A stretch of 64,000 nt of DNA, taken from Macrostomum lignano. Taxonomy: Eukaryota. Shown one piece after another: positions 37,201 through 64,000 of the stretch. The notes under the pieces are model-generated. The model searched no databases. It worked only from the letters and a program-made list of their open reading frames with translations, and was not told where the DNA came from. Made by a program: the position numbers and the translations under genes. The stretch spans positions 1,116,001 to 1,180,000 of the forward strand of contig NIVC01000012.1 of the NCBI GenBank assembly GCA_002269645.1, given 5' to 3'. Position 1 is the first letter of the stretch; each line of letters starts with the position of its first letter.

Positions 37201-39942
37201 CACTGGGACAGACACTGGGACAGACACTGAGACAGGCACTGAGTCAGACACTGGGACAGACACTGGGACAGACACTGGGACAGACACTGGGACAGGCACT
37301 GAGTCCGACACTGGGACAGGCACTAGGACAGACACTAGGACAGACACTGGGACAGACACTGGGACAGACACTGGGACAGACACTGGGACAGACACTGGGA
37401 CAGACACTGAGACAGGCACTGAGTCAGACACTGGGACAGACACTGGGACAGACACTGGGACAGACACTGGGACAGGCACTGAGTCCGGCACTGGGACAGG
37501 CACTAGGACAGACACTAGGACAGACACTGGGACAGACACTGGGACAGACACTGGGACAGACACTGGGACAGGCACTGAGTCCGACACTGGGACAGGCACT
37601 AGGACAGACACTAGGACAGACACTGGGACAGACACTGGGACAGACACTGGGACAGACACTGAGACAGGCACTGAGTCAGACAATATGACAGAGACTAAGG
37701 CAGGCACTAAGACAGGCTTTAGGACAGGCGCTTAGTCAAACTGCAGGAATGCAAAGCTTTAACTCCTGCCAAAGCAGACTCAGACAGACAGGCAAATGTA
37801 TTAGCCATGCACCCCAATTGTGCACAGATCCAGCAGAGGGCTGTGAAATCGTAATTCCCTCAAAACAGCCCAAAGCAGCTCAGAACATCCCAAATTAATG
37901 CCAATTCCCAACTCACCAAGATACTCGTAGATTAGCAAATCAAATGTCTAAATTGAGTCTAGCCACCCCCAATGCCAATTTCAGCTGTCATGTTTGGGAT
38001 ATATTTATGCCAATTCATTCAACTGCGCGAATTCCAATTCATAACTGTCAGGGTCGCTCTTTGTTGGCGTTAGCCATAAACCATCGTTCACAGGGATGAG
38101 AGAGGAATGGGCCTGTAAATAATGATTGATAGCCATGAGCTGCATGCACCCGCACTGCACTTCCCTCACTCAACTCGCTCCACTAATCCCTCTCTAGGAA
38201 CAGTACAAACAGAAAGAAAATAATTGCGATACTCTCTACTGCTTCGGTTATTGTTCAAGTAGTAGTTATTGATTGTGTGCATTTTATTGGAAATCTGCGA
38301 CAAATTGAAAATTGGAGAAGAGGAAAACCTCCAATCTTCAAAAACAGATAATCTTCTTTCTACTGTATAATCCGAGAGTGTGAATCTCCATTCTAAACGT
38401 GTGAATCACAAGTCTGGAAGAGTGAATCTCCATTCTAGGGGAGTGAATCTCAATTCTAGGGGAGTGAATCTCAATTCTAGAGAGTGAATCTCAATTCTAG
38501 AGAGTGAATCTCAATTCTAGAGAGTGAATCTCAATTCTAGAGAGTGAATCTCAATTCTAGAGAGTGAATCTCAATTCTAGAGAGTGAGTCTCCAATCTAG
38601 AGGAGTGAATCTCCAATATAGAGGAGTGAATCTCCATTCTAGAGGAGTGAATCTCCAATATAGAGGAGTGAATCTCCATTCTAGAGGAGTGAATCTCCAA
38701 TATAGAGAGTGAATCTCAATTCTAGAGAGTGAGTCTCCAATCTAGAGGAGTGAATCTCCAATATAGAGGAGTGAATCTCCATTCTAGAGGAGTGAATCTC
38801 CAATATAGAGGAGTGAATCTCCATTCTAGAGGAGTGAATCTCAATTCTAGAGAATGAATCTCAATTCTAGAGAGTGAATCTCAATTCTAGAGAGTGAATC
38901 TCAATTCTAGAGAGTGAATCTCAATTCTAGAGAGTGAATCTCAATTCTAGAGAGTGAATTTCAATTCTAGAGAGTGAATCTCAATTCTAGAGAGTGAATC
39001 TCAATTCTAGAGAGTGAATCTCAATTCTAGAGAGTGAATCTCAATTCTAGAGAGTGAGTCTCCAATCTAGAGAAGTGAATCTCCATTCTAGAGAATCGAA
39101 TCTCCATTCTGGAAGGGTGAATCTCAATTCTAGAGAGTGAATCTCAATTCTAGAGAGTGAATCTCAATTCTAGAGAGTGAATCTCAATTCTAGAGAGTGA
39201 ATCTCAATTCTAGAGAGTGAATCCCAATTCTAGAGAGTGAATCTCAATTCTAGAGAGTGAATCTCAATTCTAGAGGAGTGAATCCCTCATTTAACAATCG
39301 AACACTCGCAGATACGTCAGCAGCATCTCGATGGAGCTGCTGCAGCAGCAAAAGCAACAGTGGCAGCAGCAGCAGCAGCAACAAGAGCGCCCGGCAGCCG
39401 AGAGCGATGAGGGCGTCCTGAACCAGCTGCATCGCCTCCGCGGCAGGATTGCCGCCTCCCCAATGCAGCAGCACAGCCAGCTGCAGCTGTGGCTGCTCGA
39501 CCTTCTCCAACAGCGCCTCTGCGCTGCTGAGCTCAACGAGGCTGCCAGCTGCTGCCGCCTGCTGCTGCCGCTCGTCCAGCAGACTGAGCCGGACGAGGAG
39601 CCTCTCCTTCGCTGCCTGCTCCGTCAGTTGGAGGCTCGCGAACGCCGGATTCGAACTCGCGACTTTCTACTCGTCGGTTTCGGTGCCGGCGTTGGCGGCG
39701 TCGACGGCACCTCCGAATCCGTCAGCGTCGACGATGACGCCGACGGGAGCTACTCGGCGATGCTGGCGGTGGGAGACGCGGGCCACCGGCACAGGCAGCG
39801 GCATCAGCGGTGCTTGAACCGCCGGGCCGAGGAGGCGCGGCACCGACTCGGCTCCGACTGCAGCGACGGCAGCGACGAGGACCATCAGGACTGCTGCCTG
39901 GACGGTGACGACTCCTCATCTGAGTCTGAGGTGTCCGTCTGA
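34255..39942 (+). CDS. Unidentified multi-exon gene; candidate exons 34255-34677 and 39312-39942 (other exons likely)
   Basis: Two GC-rich, coding-like open segments bounded by CAG acceptors and an AG|GTGAGA donor, with compatible phase (AG+A = Arg). The products are Cys/acidic-rich ([12 protein letters not shown]..) and helical Q/L-rich ([27 protein letters not shown]). No family recognised. Confidence 0.45.
34690..36645 (+). repeat. 23/25-bp minisatellite (GTCAGATCATTGAGTCTGTTTGT)
   Basis: About 80 units, starting just after the donor at 34678. Confidence 0.95.
37027..37735 (+). repeat. 12-bp minisatellite (GGGACAGACACT) with higher-order variants
   Basis: About 55 units; the variant GACAGGCACTGAGTCA recurs. 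Confidence 0.95.
38400..39280 (+). repeat. 20/21-bp minisatellite (CTAGAGAGTGAATCTCAATT)
   Basis: About 42 units; it ends ~30 nt before the acceptor at 39311. Confidence 0.95.
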
Positions 39943-40787
39943 CCTGTCTGAGGTGTCCGTCTGACCTGTCTGAGGTGTCCATCTGACCTGTCTGAGGTGT
40001 CCGTCTGACCTGTCTGAGGTGTCCATCTGACCTGTCTGAGGTGTCCATCTGACCTGTCTGAGGTGTCGTCTGACCTGTCTGAGGTGTCCATCTGACCTGT
40101 CTGAGGTATCCGTCTGACCTGTCTGAGATGCCCGTCTGACCTGTCTGAGGTGTCCGTCTGACCTGTCTGAGATGCCCGTCTGACCTGTCTGAGGTGTCCG
40201 TCTGACCTGTCTGAGGTGTCCATCTGACCTGTCTGAGGTGTCCGTCTGACCTGTCTGAGGTGTCCGTCTGACCTGTCTGAGGTGTTCATCTGACCTGTCT
40301 GAGGTGTCCGTCTGACCTGTCTGAGGTGTCCATCTGACCTGTCTGAGGTGTCCGTCTGACCTGTCTGAGAGGTCCGTCTGACCTGTCTGAGGTGTCCGTC
40401 TGACCTGTCTGAGATGCCCGTCTGACCTGTCTGAGGTGTCCGTCTGACCTGTCTGAGGTGTCCGTCTGACCTGTCTGAGGTGTCCGTCTGACCTGTCTGA
40501 GATGCCCGTCTGACCTGTCTGAGGTGTCCGTCTGACCTGTCTGAGGTGTCCATCTGACCTGTCTGAGATGTCCGTCTGACCTGTCTGAGGTGTCCGTCTG
40601 ACCTGTCTGAGGTGTTCATCTGACCTGTCTGAGGTGTCCGTCTGACCTGTCTGAGGTGTCCATCTGACCTGTCTGAGGTGTTCATCTGACCTGTCACAGA
40701 TGTCCGTCTGACCTGTCTGAGGTATCCGTCTGACCTGTCTGAGATGCCCGTCTGACCTGTCTGAGGTGTCCGTCTGACCTGTCTGAG
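39925..40787 (+). repeat. 21-bp minisatellite (GTCTGACCTGTCTGAGGTGTCC-type)
   Basis: About 41 units; the array begins inside the last codons of the ORF at 39331-39942. Confidence 0.95.
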
Positions 40788-41117
40788 GCTCTCCATTAGC
40801 TACAGCCATTTGCCCTCAATTCTTTACTATAAGTAGCAATGTAGCAACTAATTAAGTGCTTTCTGTAGAATTCAGCTTTCTATATTTTAACTCTGTTTAA
40901 AAATAAAGCAAGATTAAAACAAATTTGTACACAATTGACTAGTTTTTGTTTCATTTTACATTTATCTCCCTCTTTTAGCCAGATATTTACATAAAATGCA
41001 ACGATTCATTTTCTATATTTTAAAAATATCTGTAAAAAACTTCAATGTTTTAATTGCGTTTCTGTCTTTTAAAAGAAAACTGAACTTGGTAGCGCTGGGA
41101 GACTGGGAGAGCTGACA

Positions 41118-42141
<1,024 letters not shown>

Positions 42142-42235
42142 AGATCTCTAGGCAAGCTATCAGATAGATATTAGGTGTCTCAGTCAGCGTGAGACGCATG
42201 TCGTGCACAGCCGATGTACATGCAAGCAGCTTAGT

Positions 42236-60382
<18,147 letters not shown>

Positions 60383-61049
60383 CTGCAATGCGGTGAGGAG
60401 GCGATGGGTTGAGAAATAATTTAAATAATACGAACAGAACAGATTGCAAGCGGAATAAATAGCGGCTGTGATAATAATTATTCTAATTATCGAGTCGCAG
60501 TGGTGAGGCGGTACAAAAGAGAGAAATTATTCAATCCAAAGAGCACTCTGCCTAGAAAGCAGATTCTCTTCAAATCCAGACCGGCAGCTCCTGAAAAGCA
60601 GCCGAAATGTCATTGAATTTGCATTCGAGAAGCGATTCAATATTTAGATAAAACATTCATACGGGGTTAGGTAAGCGAAAAAGTACATTGCGAGTTTTAG
60701 GTAAAAATTTTAGTAAACCTGATTTTACTAAACCTGATTGTGACTGACAATCATGTCTGTGCTATCATTGCTTTCATCATTGAAATGTCACGAGCGTGAA
60801 TTTCTCACACAAGATTTTTACACTGCAGTCAAGTATTGTTATTATTCTGTTGACAGCTTTCTGTCAGATTAATTTTTAGCGAGTCGCGAGTCAGCTGCCT
60901 GTGTGTGTAGAGTTCGCTGACTTCACAAGGCAGCTGCTGTAGCGACTCGGCTGTAAACATCCAGGGTGTTTGAGAAGGCACCCGCTTATGTACTTTTATA
61001 GACTTGGGTGCTCTCTGGTTGGTGCTGCGTGCGTTATATACCTCTCTAT

Positions 61050-61280
<231 letters not shown>

Positions 61281-61281
61281 A

Positions 61282-61779
61282 CTGACCCCTATCGAAAAGT
61301 CAACGATCGCGATCGGCGATGAGAGTCTCTCTGAGCCCGGGCAAGCGCACCCAGATGTACAATTTGAAATTTTTCCGAATCTACGCGCTGAGAACCTAAT
61401 CAGGGTGTTGCGTGAGCAGTTGAAAAACCCTAGCTCATCTGTCAAAGCGGTCATTCTCTTCCCTTGTGGTCATGACCTGTCGAGACAATTTGAAGGTGTC
61501 CTCGACAAACAGCTCACGACAATCGTGAATCATTGTCGCAAGGCCTTTCCAGAGGCAAACATCTACACACTTGACTCAGTGGTGGATGCCGAGGCAACGG
61601 ACAGCGTCCGAAGCAACGTGGAAAAATTGAACCGCCATGCCCAGAATCTCAACCAGAAGGGGCACATGTCACTACCCAGACAGGGTTTGACCTTCCTGTC
61701 AGACAAGGTCACACTATCTGACCAATCGGCCTTGGAGGTCTTCAGGATTGTCTACGGCAAAGTGCAAAAAAACTTGTAG
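61282..61779 (+). CDS. Penelope-like element ORF1 fragment, SGNH/GDSL-esterase-like (no ATG; starts at the microsatellite junction)
   Basis: The frame is open from 61282 to 61779: TIAIGDESL..FEIFPNLRAENL..VKAVILFPCGHDL..NIYTLDSV. This resembles SGNH blocks I-III with degenerate catalytic motifs. The assignment is by pattern recognition only. Confidence 0.5.
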   Translation: MTPIEKSTIAIGDESLSEPGQAHPDVQFEIFPNLRAENLIRVLREQLKNPSSSVKAVILFPCGHDLSRQFEGVLDKQLTTIVNHCRKAFPEANIYTLDSVVDAEATDSVRSNVEKLNRHAQNLNQKGHMSLPRQGLTFLSDKVTLSDQSALEVFRIVYGKVQKNL

Positions 61780-64000
61780 GTTTTAGGAATGCGGCTAGCA
61801 ACCAAGTCTTGAACTTATCGAATTATCGTCTTTCTGACTGCGAAACCGAAATTTTAGGAATGGGGAAGAACTTTGTGCCAGCCCCAATTGTTATGGGGTC
61901 CAGCGTCCTTTCTGACTCCATCAAGGTTTTCAAGCAGAGAATAGTTCTTAACTCCCTGCTTCAGCGTCGCACGTGTGCTTTCACCCCGCGCATCCCTTAT
62001 ACTGGCCGAGCTTTGATCCCCAACATTAACTTGGACAAATGGCGCTCTCACAGAGACCTTTTTGAAAGCCTTGACAGGATTAGAATTCCAAGAATCATAC
62101 ACAACAAGCCAAACCTTCAGGAGCAGCAGAGAATGGCACTGAAGACTCTTCGAGACAATAGCAGTATCGTCATTAAACCTGCCGACAAGGGCAGCAATAT
62201 GGTCGTTTTGAATCGAACTGATTACATACTGGAAGCTAACAGGCAGCTCTCCAACAGGACCTTCTACCAACCCCTTGACACTGCAATGAGCGCCCAGACC
62301 AGTGCCATTATCAAAGCCATTTTTCAAGATCTTAAAGAAGAAAAGATAATTACTAATCATCAATACTCGCAACTGATTCCGCCAACTATTCCAAGAGATC
62401 GAATTTTCTACCTTTTACCAAAAATCCATAAGGATCCCGAAGAATGGCCTACTCCTGGAGTGCCTCCTGGGAGACCCATTGTCTCGGACTGCAGCTCGGA
62501 AAGCTACATGAGCGCCAAATTTATCGATCTCTTCCTACAGCCGATCGCTAAGGAACAAGACTCCTTCATCCGAGACACGGACCACTTTCAAGCGGCTATT
62601 AATGATTTGACTTTTGAAAAAGACGAAAATGTCTTTCTGGTTACAATGGATGTTGAATCCCTGTACACCAATATTCCCACTGATAAGGGGATGGACGCCA
62701 TTAGAGATGCCTTTCAAACATTTCCCCAAACCTCAAGGCCAGATAACCATCTTCTTGCGCTCCTGGACATTAACTTGAACAAAAATGATTTTGTTTTCAA
62801 CGACACGCGCTACCTTCAAATCAAAGGCACAAGCATGGGAAAGGCCTTTGCGCCATCCTACGCCAACATATTTATGTCTGCCTGGGAATCCAAAGCTTTA
62901 GAAACTGCTCCGTTTACCCCTCGTTTCTTCAAGCGCTACATTGACGACATTTTTATGGTCTTCGTCGGCACTGAAGACGAACTAAAGGAGATGCACAAGC
63001 ATCTGAATGAGTTCGATTGCAACATCCGACTCACGATGCAATACAGCAGAGAGAAGGTTCACTTCCTGGACTGCTGTGTCAGTCTGACTGACGAAGGCAA
63101 CAAAAAGGGACTTTCGTGCTCAATCTACTTCAAACCCACCGATTCACGTCAGCTTTTAAATCCGGGGTCTTTTCACCCAAAGCACACTTTCAAAGGTATA
63201 CTGAAATCTCAGTTCCTCCGTTACGCTCGCCGTTGCACATTTAAAGAAGACTTCGATGAGGCCAGCAGCAGCTTAACAAGCATCCTGAAGAAACAAGGAT
63301 ATTCTGTCCGCTTAATCAGGGATTCTAAAAAATCTGCCCTCATCCAGCTGGGCCTCTACATTGATGGTCGGTGGGAGTTCGGCTTCCAGGATTGTGGCAA
63401 TCTAAGCTGCCGTCCTTGCAGAGAGCACGGGAATTTTGGCCAAGTTTGTTTAGGGTCCAGCGCTACAAAAATGATTTACAAAATTTGTCAAAAAGTCCGC
63501 TGTGACTCCAGGAATGTGGTGTATGCCATTCTGTGCAAGACTTGCAATGACCGCTGTATCTACGTAGGTGAGACTGGAGGCGCTCTTAAAGTCAGACTTC
63601 AGGCTCACCTGAGCGACATTAGACTGGCTAAAGACACCCCAATCTCCAGGCACTTTCGGTCACCAAACCACAGTATTCAGGACCTCCGCTTTATGGGTCT
63701 GTGGTACCTCAGTACTGAGTGCCTGACCACTAAAGAGGGCGCTCAACGCAGGCGGAGGAATATGGAGCAGAAGCTCATCGCTTTACTACAGACCCAGACT
63801 CCAGCAGGCTTAAACACCGTCATCACTGAAAAAGACGCCTGCATCCCAATAGTGATCCCTTTCACGGACCACTCTGGGCGAATTGTTCATCAAATTCGCA
63901 CGGCCATTTCGAACCACGCTGCAGAGCTGGATACGGTGGCTGCCTATACTCGCTCACGCTCATTAAAGGACATTCTATGTCCATCCAATCTGCCCGCCGT
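61722..64000 (+). CDS. Penelope-like element ORF2 (RT, Zn linker, GIY-YIG, C-terminal extension); uninterrupted, 3'-truncated by the window
   Basis: No stop found from 61722 to 64000 in this frame. It overlaps ORF1 by 58 nt in the -1 frame. Confidence 0.9.
61767..61803 (+). promoter_or_regulatory. Candidate -1 programmed ribosomal frameshift signal (A_AAA_AAC plus downstream hairpin)
   Basis: The heptamer at 61767-61773 is in the correct X_XXY_YYZ phase of ORF1 (CAA AAA AAC TTG TAG). An imperfect stem GTTTTAG/CTAGCAAC spans 61780-61802. Confidence 0.6.

Larger units (their letters stand above)
61281..64000 (+). mobile_element. Penelope-like retroelement (RT plus C-terminal GIY-YIG, with a Neptune-type CxxxxCxxC linker); probably 5'-truncated and running past the window end
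   Basis: The main ORF is absent from the supplied track because it has no stop in the window. I translated it by hand: VLNLS..GKNFVP..IVIKPADKGS..FYLLPKIHK..GRPIVS..MDVESLYTNIP..GTSMGKAFAPSYANIFM..RYIDDIF..FLD..YFKPTD..CGNLSCRPC..NVVYAILCKTC..IYVGETG..RLQAH..ISRHF..PAGLN. Confidence 0.93.

Overview
Eukaryotic, intron-rich genomic DNA with GT-AG introns. The density of intronic minisatellites suggests an invertebrate such as the flatworm Macrostomum; this is inference only. Plus strand: the 3' part of DNA topoisomerase II (4 exons, 1192-5673), an MPLKIP/TTDN1-like gene (9457-10128), two tandem flavin polyamine/spermine-oxidase-like paralogs (12754-23602 intact; 24672-29475 with one frameshift) and an unidentified gene (exons ~34255-34677 and ~39312-39942). 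Minus strand: an unc-13/Munc13 gene (at least 14 exons, 60382-42236). Three retroelements sit in introns, each in or next to a tandem repeat: a full-length but disrupted APE-RT-RNase H non-LTR element in (GACA)n (17176-23076), a compact Ty3/Gypsy element with a GGCAC target-site duplication (50916-55296), and a Penelope-like element (61281 to beyond the window end). The Penelope-like element is the most striking item. An SGNH-esterase-like ORF1 overlaps the RT/GIY-YIG ORF in the -1 frame through an in-phase A_AAA_AAC slippery site followed by a hairpin, and a thumb/linker-like segment lies after rather than before the endonuclease. Most introns longer than ~200 bp contain a tandem array, usually unique to that intron. 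Most long ORFs in the supplied track are translations of these arrays, not genes. Other highlights: an apparent gene-conversion tract and an intron presence/absence difference between the oxidase paralogs, and inverted repeat pairs flanking exons. All coordinates were read by eye; repeat boundaries are approximate to about 20 bp.
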